Below, piece by piece: positions 1-7,458 of a stretch of 32,000 bases of DNA. The position numbers and the translations under genes are program-made. The notes beneath the pieces were generated by a model that did not search any database, was not told where the DNA came from, and worked only from the letters and a program-made list of their open reading frames with translations. The stretch spans positions 1,050,001-1,082,000 of the forward strand of contig NC_009776.1 of assembly GCF_000017945.1 (NCBI RefSeq), given 5' to 3'. The DNA comes from Ignicoccus hospitalis KIN4/I. GTDB lineage: Archaea; Thermoproteota; Thermoprotei_A; Sulfolobales; Ignicoccaceae. Position 1 is the stretch's first letter, and the number at the start of each line of letters is the position of its first letter.

Positions 1-236
1 AGGTGGTGAGGAGGGGGACCAAGCCCGAGGAGGTAGTGGAGAGGGTGCTCTCCGAGCTCGGCAGCAGGCACAAGCTGAAGAGGTACCACATAAGGGTTGA
101 GAACGTACAAGAGGTGAAGGAGGAGGAGATAGAGGACATCTACTTCCTCCAGCTGGCCCACTTGAACAGCTGGGAGGCCTACGACGCCCACAAGGTCTGG
201 AGGAAGTACAAGCTGGGCTGGGGTGCGTGGAAGTGA
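1..236 (+). CDS. rplX: 50S ribosomal protein LX (L18Ae/eL20 family), 5' end cut by the window edge
   Basis: The frame is open from the window edge to TGA at 234-236. The segment LGSRHKLKRYHIRVENVQEVKEEE resembles the conserved GSKHKVKR..I.I.EI core of archaeal LX as I remember it. It sits directly upstream of pfdA-ftsY, as in many archaea. Confidence 0.6.
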   Translation, partial: VVRRGTKPEEVVERVLSELGSRHKLKRYHIRVENVQEVKEEEIEDIYFLQLAHLNSWEAYDAHKVWRKYKLGWGAWK

Positions 237-694
237 ACGTCCCCCAAGAGAAGCTGGAGGAGCTCCAGAAGCTCCAAAGGGAGTACGAACAGCTCCGGGC
301 CCTACAAGCCAGCCTCGCGGTCGAGGTGGAGCGCCTCAACGCCTTCAAGAAGGACGCCGAGCTGGCGGCGGGGGAGCTGGAGGAGCTGAAGGAAGAGAAG
401 GAAGCCTTGGTCCCTATGGGGCCCGTGTTCGTGAAGTCTAAGCTCCAGACCAAGGTGCTTTACCCGTTGGGAGCCAACGTCTACTTGTCCACGAAGCCCG
501 AAGAAGCCGTTCAGAGGCTCAAAGAGGACAAGAAGAAGATCGAAGAGCAGCTGAAGCTCCTCGAAGCAGAGCTGGCTAAGGTGACCCAAGCGCTGACTTC
601 AATAGAAGCCAGGGTCGCCGAGATCTACCGGGAACTGAACGTTGCTGGGGCGCCTAAAGAAGGCACTCAAGGGACTGGTCAACGAGGTAGCTAA
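227..694 (+). CDS. pfdA: prefoldin alpha subunit
   Basis: 155-aa protein with two long coiled-coil arms (EKLEELQKLQREYEQL... and ...KKKIEEQLKLLEAELAKV) flanking a central beta-hairpin region (VPMGPVFVKSKL..VLYPLGANVYL). GTG start overlaps the LX stop. Confidence 0.85.
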   Translation: MEVNVPQEKLEELQKLQREYEQLRALQASLAVEVERLNAFKKDAELAAGELEELKEEKEALVPMGPVFVKSKLQTKVLYPLGANVYLSTKPEEAVQRLKEDKKKIEEQLKLLEAELAKVTQALTSIEARVAEIYRELNVAGAPKEGTQGTGQRGS

Positions 695-1664
695 GAGTAC
701 CAAGGAAGTAACCGAGGAGAAGCCGGTAACCCCGGAGGAGAGGCCGAAGGAAAAGAAGGAGGAGAAGAAGGGCCTTTTAACGAAGTTAAAGGACACAATA
801 GTTTATAAAGAAATAGACGTAAAGAAGCTAGAGCCTCTCCTGGAGGAGTACGTACTGACGTTGAGCGAGCTGGACGTGGCCTACGAAGTCGCGGAGGAAT
901 TGATAGAAAACTTCAAGAAGAACTTAGCCGGCTTGAAAATAAAGAGGGGGGTCGACGAGAGGGAAGTGATTGAGAAGGCGTTAAAAGATGCAATTCTGGG
1001 CTTGATAAGCGTACCCGCGTTCGACTTGATCGAGGAGGCCAAGCGGGCCCAGAGGGAGGGCCGGATACTTAAAATCATGTTCATGGGTGTTAACGGAGTT
1101 GGGAAGACCACGACCATAGCCAAGGTCGCTTACGCGATGAAGAGGGCCGGGGTCACCCCGGTGCTGGCGGCCGCGGACACCTTTAGGGCCGGGGCGGTGG
1201 AGCAGCTCAAGGTACACGCGGAGAGGATGGGGGTACCAATAATAACCAAGCCCTACGGGAGCGACCCGGCGTCCGTGGCCTACGACGCTATAGAGTACGC
1301 CAAGGCGAGGGGGTTTAACGTAGTTTTGATAGACACTGCCGGGAGGATGCACGTAGACGTGGACTTGATGAACGAGCTCCGGAAGGTCGCTAGGGTCGCA
1401 GAGCCGGACTACAAGGTCTTAGTCTTGGACGCCTTAACCGGCAACGACGCAGTCGAACAAGCGAAGTTCTTTGACGAGGCCGTGGGCGTCGACGCTGTAA
1501 TATTGACTAAGGTGGACGCAGACGCCAAGGGGGGAGCGGTCTTGAGCGTCGCAGCTACCATAAAGAAGCCCGTCCTATACTTGGGCGTAGGCCAGAACTA
1601 TGAGGACTTGATAAAGTTCGACCCCAAGTGGTTCGTGGAGCGGCTGTTGGGTGAGGAGAAGTGA
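642..1664 (+). CDS. ftsY: signal recognition particle receptor FtsY
   Basis: SRP-GTPase motifs are present: GVNGVGKTTT (G1), DTAGR (G3), TKVDA (G4). The N-terminus LGRLKKALKGLV is FtsY-typical. TTG start at 642 lies inside the pfdA 3' end. Confidence 0.95.
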   Translation: MLGRLKKALKGLVNEVAKSTKEVTEEKPVTPEERPKEKKEEKKGLLTKLKDTIVYKEIDVKKLEPLLEEYVLTLSELDVAYEVAEELIENFKKNLAGLKIKRGVDEREVIEKALKDAILGLISVPAFDLIEEAKRAQREGRILKIMFMGVNGVGKTTTIAKVAYAMKRAGVTPVLAAADTFRAGAVEQLKVHAERMGVPIITKPYGSDPASVAYDAIEYAKARGFNVVLIDTAGRMHVDVDLMNELRKVARVAEPDYKVLVLDALTGNDAVEQAKFFDEAVGVDAVILTKVDADAKGGAVLSVAATIKKPVLYLGVGQNYEDLIKFDPKWFVERLLGEEK

Positions 1665-1855
1665 AGGACTTGAACCGCTACCTAGAGCAGTTGAGGAACT
1701 TGATGAACGACTGGAGGACCATATTGGCCTTGGCGAGCAAGCCCGACGAGGACGAGTTCAAGACGGTTTTGAAGGTCGTAGGCCTAAGCACGTTAATAAT
1801 TGCAGCCTTGGCATACATAATAAGGCTGGTCATAGTGTTAATGCTCTACGGGTGA
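1661..1855 (+). CDS. secE: preprotein translocase SecE / Sec61-gamma
   Basis: 64-aa protein with a single C-terminal TM helix (GLSTLIIAALAYIIRLVIVLMLY). It occupies the conserved position just upstream of spt5-L11-L1-P0. Confidence 0.8.
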   Translation: MKDLNRYLEQLRNLMNDWRTILALASKPDEDEFKTVLKVVGLSTLIIAALAYIIRLVIVLMLYG

Positions 1856-2298
1856 TGGGGGTGCCGTTCTTCCCGGTAAGGACCGTGAGCGGGAGGGAAA
1901 TTGACGTTGCACTGCTAATTGAAGAAAGGGCGAGAGCAAAGAACTTAGACGTGAAGTCCGTCATAGTGCCCCCGAGGATTAAGGGGTTCGTCATAGTGGA
2001 GAGCCCCGCCCACTTCGTGGTGGCAGAGGCGGTAAGGGGGATAAAGTACGTCAGAGGGGGGCCCGGCAAGAAGATATCGTTGGAGGAGGTGCTCAAAATG
2101 ATAAAGCCCGTGCCGATAATAGAGACCGTCGAGGTGGGCGACATAGTGGAGCTGGTGGCCGGCGTCTTCAAGGGCGTGAAGGCGAGGGTTGAAGCCAAGA
2201 TACCGGAGAAGAACGAACTGGTCCTCAGCATAGTGGAGGCGGCTTATCCGTTGCAAATAACAGTCCCCGCGGACTACGTGCGGCCGGTGCGGAGGTGA
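1855..2298 (+). CDS. spt5: transcription elongation factor Spt5 (NusG homologue)
   Basis: NGN domain ([15 protein letters not shown]...GFVIVES) followed by a KOW motif ([18 protein letters not shown]). The ATG at 1855 overlaps the secE TGA. The upstream 68 codons of the ORF-track entry are an out-of-frame shadow of secE. Confidence 0.9.
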
Positions 2299-2305
2299 AG
2301 CGGGG

Positions 2306-2815
2306 ATGCCCAAGAAAGTGTTAACCTTCAGCGTCGAGGGCGGCAACGCCAAGCCCGCGCCCCCGATAAAGCCGGCGCTGGAGTCCGTAGGCCTGGACCC
2401 CAACGAGGTAGTTCAGAAGATAAACGAGGTCACCAAGAGGTACAAGGGGTTTACCGTAACCGTAAAGGTGATAGTTGACCCGGACACCAAGGAGTACGAG
2501 ATAGAGGTGGAGCCTCCAAACATAACTGAGCTCCTCCTAAAGCTGGCGGGCGCCAAGGCCCCCTCCGGGGACCCGATACACCAGAAGGTCGGCGACCTGC
2601 CCTTCGAGAAGGTAATAGAGGCGGCGTTGCTCAAGGCTCCAGAGCTGACGGCTAAGACCTTGAAGGGGGCCGTAAAGACCGTACTCGGGACCGCTAGGGC
2701 TATAGGGCTCACGGTGGACAAGATGGACCCCAAAGAGGTGACGCGGCTGGTCGAGGAGGGCAAGTACGACGAGCAGCTCAAGAAGTACGAGCCCGAGTGG
2801 GAGGCAGTCAGTTAA
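2306..2815 (+). CDS. rpl11: 50S ribosomal protein L11
   Basis: The protein is L11-like over its full length: N-terminal ...[30 protein letters not shown] and C-terminal [10 protein letters not shown]. Operon position is conserved. Confidence 0.95.
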
Positions 2816-2826
2816 AACCCCTCTCA

Positions 2827-3495
2827 GTGGTGAGGGAGGGTCCGAAGTTGTTAGTGGACGAAGCCCTTTTGGAGAGGGGCGTCAAGGAGGCCGTAGAGAG
2901 GAGCAGGAAGCGCAACTTCAAGGAGTCCGTGGACATGATAGTGGTATTGAAGGACATAGACTTGAAGGGGCCCGAAGGGAGGATAAGGGAGGTGGTGGAG
3001 CTCCCGCACGCCCCCAAGAAGGAGGTCAAGATATGCGTGGTGGCCCACGGCGACTTGGCGCTACAAGCGAAGAAGATGGGCCTGACCGTGGTCACCAGGG
3101 ACGAGCTCCAACAGATGGACAAGAAGGCGGCCAAGAAGCTCGCGAAGAGGTGCGACTGGGTGCTCGTTCAGACGGACTTGATGGGCATAGCGGGTAAGGT
3201 CTTGGGCCCCGCCCTGGGCCCCAGGGGGAAGGCCCCGGTCCCCCTGCCCCCCAACGCGCCTCTGGAGGCCTTCGTCAAGAGGTACTCCAAGTCTGTAAAC
3301 TTGAGGATTAGGAAGCAGCCGCAAGTGATGTGCAGCATAGGCACGGAGGACATGGACCCCAAGGAGCTGGCGGAGAACGCGGCGGCCGTCTTGGGGGCTC
3401 TGGAGAGGAAGCTCCCCAACCCTCAAAACCAGATAGCTAAAGTTATAGTGAAGACCACGATGGGACCGCCGGTGCTCGTTCTGAGCAGGAGGTGA
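2827..3495 (+). CDS. rpl1: 50S ribosomal protein L1
   Basis: RNFKESVDMIVVLKDIDL and GKVLGPALGPRGKAPVP are classic L1 segments. I prefer the GTG at 2827, after the L11 stop. The ORF track begins at the GTG at 2797, which would overlap L11. Confidence 0.9.
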   Translation: MVREGPKLLVDEALLERGVKEAVERSRKRNFKESVDMIVVLKDIDLKGPEGRIREVVELPHAPKKEVKICVVAHGDLALQAKKMGLTVVTRDELQQMDKKAAKKLAKRCDWVLVQTDLMGIAGKVLGPALGPRGKAPVPLPPNAPLEAFVKRYSKSVNLRIRKQPQVMCSIGTEDMDPKELAENAAAVLGALERKLPNPQNQIAKVIVKTTMGPPVLVLSRR

Positions 3496-3501
3496 AGGGC
3501 G

Positions 3502-4542
3502 TTGAGCGCGATCACCGGCAGGGTCTCCACTTACCACAGGGAGAAGTTCCCCGAGTGGAAGGTAAAGCTGGTAAACGAGGTAAAGGAGAAGCTGAAGGAG
3601 AACGACGTAGTGCTGGTACTGGACCTAGTGGAAACTCCAGCGAACTTGGTACACAAGTTTAGGAAGAAGTTCAGGAAAGAGCTCCCCTACATGAAGGTAA
3701 TAAAGAACAACTTGGTGAGGAAGGCGTTTGAACAGAGCGGCATTGAGATGCCTAAGGAGATGGATGAGCAACTGGTAGGCTCCAACATGTTCATATTCAC
3801 TAACGACAACCCCTTCAAGCTGGCCCTCAAGATATCTAAGTTCAGCATGCCCGCCCCCGCCAAGCCCGGCGACGTGGCCCAGAGCGAGATAGTGGTCCCG
3901 GCCGGCGACACCGGCCTCACCCCGGGCCCCATACTCTCAACCTTCGGTAAGCTGAAGATCAAAACTATGGTCAAAGGGGGTACCATACACATCGCCAAGG
4001 ACACTGTGGTAGCGAAGCCCGGGGACGTGATCTCGCCGGAGCTCGCGAGCCTCCTCCAGAAGCTGGGCATAACGCCCATGGAGCTAAAGATGAAGATCAA
4101 GGGAGCTTACATAAAGAGCTTGAACAGGTGGGTGCCCGCAGAGGAGCTGGTGCTCGACCTGAACAAGTACAAGGAGCAGATACAAGAAGCGTACACCAAC
4201 GCGCTGGCCTTGGGAGTGAGCATAGCCTACCCGGTGCCGGAGGTGCTGAAGCTGAGCGTGGCGAAGGCGTTCCAGGACGCGCTGAAGGTAGCCGTGGAGG
4301 CGGGCTGGCTCACCAAGGAGACCGCGCCGTACTTGCTCAGCAAGGCCTACGCGCAAGCGCTGGCGCTGGTGGGCGCTCTGGGCGACAAGGCGAAGGAGCT
4401 CGGAATAGAGGTGGAGGTCCCGGCCGCGCCGGCGCCGGAGGCGAAGGAGGAGAAGAAGGAGGAGGCGGAAGAGGAAGAAGAGGAGAAGAAGGAGGTCTCG
4501 GAGGAGGACCTCTCCGCGGGCCTCGGGGCGCTATTCGGCTAA
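3502..4542 (+). CDS. rplP0: 50S ribosomal stalk protein P0 (L10)
   Basis: The body is P0-like and ends in an acidic tail with the conserved stalk terminus: EEKKEEAEEEEEEKKE...EEDLSAGLGALFG. TTG start. Confidence 0.95.
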   Translation: MSAITGRVSTYHREKFPEWKVKLVNEVKEKLKENDVVLVLDLVETPANLVHKFRKKFRKELPYMKVIKNNLVRKAFEQSGIEMPKEMDEQLVGSNMFIFTNDNPFKLALKISKFSMPAPAKPGDVAQSEIVVPAGDTGLTPGPILSTFGKLKIKTMVKGGTIHIAKDTVVAKPGDVISPELASLLQKLGITPMELKMKIKGAYIKSLNRWVPAEELVLDLNKYKEQIQEAYTNALALGVSIAYPVPEVLKLSVAKAFQDALKVAVEAGWLTKETAPYLLSKAYAQALALVGALGDKAKELGIEVEVPAAPAPEAKEEKKEEAEEEEEEKKEVSEEDLSAGLGALFG

Positions 4543-5118
4543 CCTCCTCCTCTTCAAATACTCCTTTACTTTTTCCGAGAAGAACACCCCCCCTCCTATC
4601 ACCGGGTACGCGTAGGGGAGCTCTTCTACCACCTTCATGCCCATAACTTCCCCGACCTCCACTTCCAAGCCCACTACCTTCTCTATTTCGCTCAGCTTCT
4701 TACCTCTCTTAATCAACCAAGCCACGGCCACCGCGCCGTCTATGGAGAACTGCTCGGGGCCCAAGTTCCTCACCAGAACCCCCTTGGGCAGCAGCTTGCT
4801 GGTCAAGAGCTCCCACGTCCTCCCCTTAGGGGGGTGGGCCCCCAAGATCCCGCCGACCACCACGGTCCCAGAGGCCTCATCGGGAGTGAGCTCGCCCTCC
4901 CCCTTGGGGTCCAGAACGACCCAAGGCCTCGGCATGTGATCTATAATTTCGACCACGCTCCTCTCCTCGAAAGGTATTCCGAGTTCCTTCAAGGACTCCT
5001 TCAGCCTCTCGTCCTTTACGTTCGTTATTAAAAGTTCGTCGCCTACCAGCTCGTAGGCGTGCTCGTACTCGTAGAGCAGCCACTCGCTGAACTCCTCCAA
5101 GTTTTCCACTATTATCAA
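4531..5118 (-). CDS. SPOUT-fold SAM-dependent methyltransferase, Sfm1/DUF431-like
   Basis: Several blocks parallel yeast Sfm1 (YOR021C) as I remember it: IIVENLEEFSEWLLYEYEH, VVVGGILGAHPPKGRTWELLT, LGPEQFSIDGAVAVAWLI and LPYAYPV. The start is uncertain. TTG at 5118 gives about 196 aa. The ORF is open to 5265 but would then overlap trm1. Confidence 0.55.
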   Translation of the reverse strand: MIIVENLEEFSEWLLYEYEHAYELVGDELLITNVKDERLKESLKELGIPFEERSVVEIIDHMPRPWVVLDPKGEGELTPDEASGTVVVGGILGAHPPKGRTWELLTSKLLPKGVLVRNLGPEQFSIDGAVAVAWLIKRGKKLSEIEKVVGLEVEVGEVMGMKVVEELPYAYPVIGGGVFFSEKVKEYLKRRRLAE

Positions 5119-5154
5119 GCCGCTCCCCCGGAGGGGCCCGCGGGGGAAAGTAAA

Positions 5155-6315
5155 TTGTCGGGGCCGGACTACCCCATAGAGATAATAGAGGAGGGGAAGG
5201 TCAAGCTCGCAGTCCCCAGGATGAGCGACTACTTGAGGCCCGACGGGGTCTACGAGCCCGCCCACGCGCCGGTGTTCTACAACCCCAAGGCTAAGTTCAA
5301 CAGGGACGTGGCGGTCGCCATGGGGGCCGCCCTCAAGGAGAGGCTGGGGAGGCTGGAGGTCTTGGAGCCCTTGGCCGGCTCGGGGGTTAGGAGCTTGAGG
5401 TACGCCGTAGAGGCCGGGGCCGACAAGGTGCTTGCGGTGGACGCCGACCCCAAAGCGGTGGAGCTGATAAAGTACAATATAAGGTTAAACAAGCTAGAGG
5501 ACAAAGTAAAGGTCTTGCTCGCAGAGGCGAACGCGGTCTTGCACTCCCGGGAGCTCAGGGGAGGCTACTACGACTTGGTGGACGTGGACCCCTTCGGCTC
5601 TCCCATGCCCTTCGCCGACGGGGCGATCAGGGCGGCCCGGAGGAGGGGCTTGGTGGCCTTCACCGCGACAGACACCGCCCCCTTGACCGGGGCGAGGCCC
5701 CAGTCGGCCTTGCGCAAGTACGGCGCCTCCGTTAGGAGGACTCCCTTTTCCAAGGAGGTTGCAATAAGGGTCTTGATAGCTGCTTTGGTGAGGGTTGCGG
5801 CTGTGAGGGAGGTGGCACTCAAGCCCGAGGCGGCGTTCTTCAAGGACTACTACGTGAGGGCCCACCTCACCGTCGAGAGGGGGGCGAGGAGGGTCGAGGA
5901 GGCCTTGTCCCAGCTGGGCTACTTGTTCTACCGCCCGGACTACTCCGTCGAGGTGGTGAGGGGCTACCCCCTCCCCGAGAGGGTGCCCGAGGGGACCGCC
6001 TTGGGCCCCCTTTGGCTGGGCCCCCTGACCGGCCCCTTGGCCAAGAGGGCCGCGGAGCTGGTCGGGGGCGAGGTCAAGCGCTTCTTGGAACACTTGATAG
6101 AGGAGGACTCCGTGGGCGTGCCGTACTCTTACAAGGTTGAGAGGGTCGCGAGCATATTGAAGGTTAACATGCCCAGCCCGAAGCTGGTCGTGGAGGAGCT
6201 CAGGGCTGCGGGCTACAAGGCCTTATTGGCCCACTACGACCACACCTCCGTTAAGACCGACGCCCCGGCGGAGGAGGTCTTCAAGGTCGTGAAGAAGCTG
6301 AGCCCGCGGCCCTAA
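5155..6315 (+). CDS. trm1: tRNA (guanine26-N2)-dimethyltransferase Trm1
   Basis: VFYNPKAKFNRDVAV, LEPLAGSGVRSLRYA and DVDPFGSPMPFAD are Trm1 signature blocks. A TTG at 5155, just before IEIIEEGKVKLAVP, is the likely start. The ORF track begins at 5059. Confidence 0.9.
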   Translation: MSGPDYPIEIIEEGKVKLAVPRMSDYLRPDGVYEPAHAPVFYNPKAKFNRDVAVAMGAALKERLGRLEVLEPLAGSGVRSLRYAVEAGADKVLAVDADPKAVELIKYNIRLNKLEDKVKVLLAEANAVLHSRELRGGYYDLVDVDPFGSPMPFADGAIRAARRRGLVAFTATDTAPLTGARPQSALRKYGASVRRTPFSKEVAIRVLIAALVRVAAVREVALKPEAAFFKDYYVRAHLTVERGARRVEEALSQLGYLFYRPDYSVEVVRGYPLPERVPEGTALGPLWLGPLTGPLAKRAAELVGGEVKRFLEHLIEEDSVGVPYSYKVERVASILKVNMPSPKLVVEELRAAGYKALLAHYDHTSVKTDAPAEEVFKVVKKLSPRP

Positions 6316-6360
6316 CCGTTAAGCTCGGGCCCCGGGGCTAGCCCTTAGGTGGTCCGCGGG

Positions 6361-6909
6361 ATGAGCGTAGTGGAGAGCGCTGAGGCCGAGCTCAAGGAGG
6401 CGGCGGCCCAGTTCTACGAGAGGAAGCAGCTCCTAGCCTTCGCCGCTTCCTACGCGCTCGCCTCCGCCTTGGGCGCGGCGCTCAAGCAGCCCGCCGTCGC
6501 CGGGGCGGGCTTGGCCCTCGTGGGGGCTTCTGCAGTCTTGTTCAAGAAGATCATAAGCAGCAAGATAGAGGCAGTCAGAGAGGCGTGGGACTTGTTGCTG
6601 GACATAAAGGGCTTGGACACCAAGCTAATACAAAACCCGGAGGAGAGGAAGGAGCTGGAGGAGCTGATACAAACGAAGTACAGCAAGTTCAAGCGTGTCG
6701 TGGCGTACGTGAAGGACGTCGCCGAGGAGTTGAAGGGGAAGGCCTCGCTCGCCTTCGCCCTCTACGGCGCCGGCAGCGGGCTGGCGAGCTCCTCCCTCGC
6801 CTTCAGCTTACCTTGGCCCGTGTCCTTAGCTACTTACGCAATCATGACCTTGTTGTTCGTAACGCCGCTTCCGAGCATAGTGTACGAGTTGAGGGAGGTG
6901 GTGACGTAG
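6361..6909 (+). CDS. hypothetical membrane protein
   Basis: Ala/Gly-rich hydrophobic segments (LLAFAASYALASALGAAL, AGAGLALVGASAVLF, C-terminal LATYAIMTLLFVTPLP) flank a charged helix. No family was recognised. Confidence 0.45.
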   Translation: MSVVESAEAELKEAAAQFYERKQLLAFAASYALASALGAALKQPAVAGAGLALVGASAVLFKKIISSKIEAVREAWDLLLDIKGLDTKLIQNPEERKELEELIQTKYSKFKRVVAYVKDVAEELKGKASLAFALYGAGSGLASSSLAFSLPWPVSLATYAIMTLLFVTPLPSIVYELREVVT

Positions 6910-6927
6910 GAGCCCTTGGCCGCCGTG

Positions 6928-7036
6928 TGGCGGGCCCGCCGGGATTTGAACCCGGGACTTCCGCGGCGGGAAACGGGCCAAGCCCCGCCTCTACGGGTTA
7001 AGAGCCCGCCGCTCTACCAGGCTGAGCTACGGGCCC
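6928..7036 (-). tRNA. tRNA-Lys (anticodon CUU) with a 32-nt intron; CCA encoded
   Basis: Folded by hand on the reverse complement:
- acceptor GGGCCCG/CGGGCCC
- D arm GCUC-AGCCUGGUA-GAGC
- anticodon arm GCGGG-CUCUUAA-CCCGU
- T arm CCGGG-UUCAAAU-CCCGG
- discriminator G followed by CCA

The gene is 109 nt. That is 32 nt longer than a 77-nt tRNA. Confidence 0.85.
6959..6990 (-). other. non-canonical tRNA intron (variable-loop region, about position 45/46)
   Basis: 37 nt lie between the anticodon-stem 3' strand and the T stem, where 5 are expected. The extra 32 nt contain the helix GGCGGG...CCCGCC. The exact splice junction is ambiguous by 1-2 nt. Confidence 0.6.
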
Positions 7037-7064
7037 GCTCCGTGGGCTTGGAGACCGGTGGGGG

Positions 7065-7077
7065 TTAATAAAATTTT
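7065..7077 (-). promoter_or_regulatory. TATA-like box upstream of tRNA-Lys
   Basis: TTAATAAAATTTT lies about 29 nt upstream of the tRNA 5' end at 7036, in an otherwise GC-rich flank. Confidence 0.4.
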
Positions 7078-7229
7078 AGCACACGTCTCGCACTTTCCTC
7101 AAGGCTTGTGGAAATCTGAGGGCGAGTTACTTATCGGACCTTAGGAGCTTTTGCGTAACGCGCTTTTTGTGGTCTTTGTCTTTATTAGAACCTCGGGTTG
7201 TGTTTTTCGTTATCTTTTAGGAGAACTAT

Positions 7230-7458
7230 CTTTCCAATCTCCCTTGAGACTCTACAGGAGGCGGTGAACAAGATAGAGGAGGTCCTCGACAACTACTCCT
7301 TTCCATTCTCTCTTGAGACTCCACCAGGGTTAATGCGGTTTATCAACGGCGGGGGTAGGCGTGACCTTTCTATCCTCTCTTGAGACTCCACACGAAGAAC
7401 AATTGGTACTTTATAAATGAGAGACTGAAGACCTTTCTATCCTCTCTTGAGACTCCAC
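7230..7458 (-). CRISPR. small CRISPR array, 4 repeats / 3 spacers, no adjacent cas genes
   Basis: 26-nt repeats sit at 7230, 7299, 7366 and 7433. On the plus strand the repeat is CTTTCTATCCTCTCTTGAGACTCCAC. Its reverse complement, GTGGAGTCTCAAGAGAGGATAGAAAG, ends in GAAAG. Spacers are 41-43 nt and unique. Strand and leader side are inferred from the GAAAG end and from repeat decay toward the left. Confidence 0.85.

Noticed and set aside
1651-1854. An N-terminal extension of the Spt5 ORF that overlaps all of secE.
   Set aside because: The extension is R/G/E-rich shadow sequence. The NGN domain begins at the ATG at 1855, which overlaps the secE stop in a typical coupling arrangement.
4128-4646. 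Long alternative-frame ORFs rich in G/R/E/P occur here. Similar cases are 223-441, 5494-6093, 16950-17732, 18506-19117 and 27608-28120.
   Set aside because: They overlap well-supported genes, have low-complexity composition and carry no motifs. They are expected by chance in GC-rich DNA with few stop codons.
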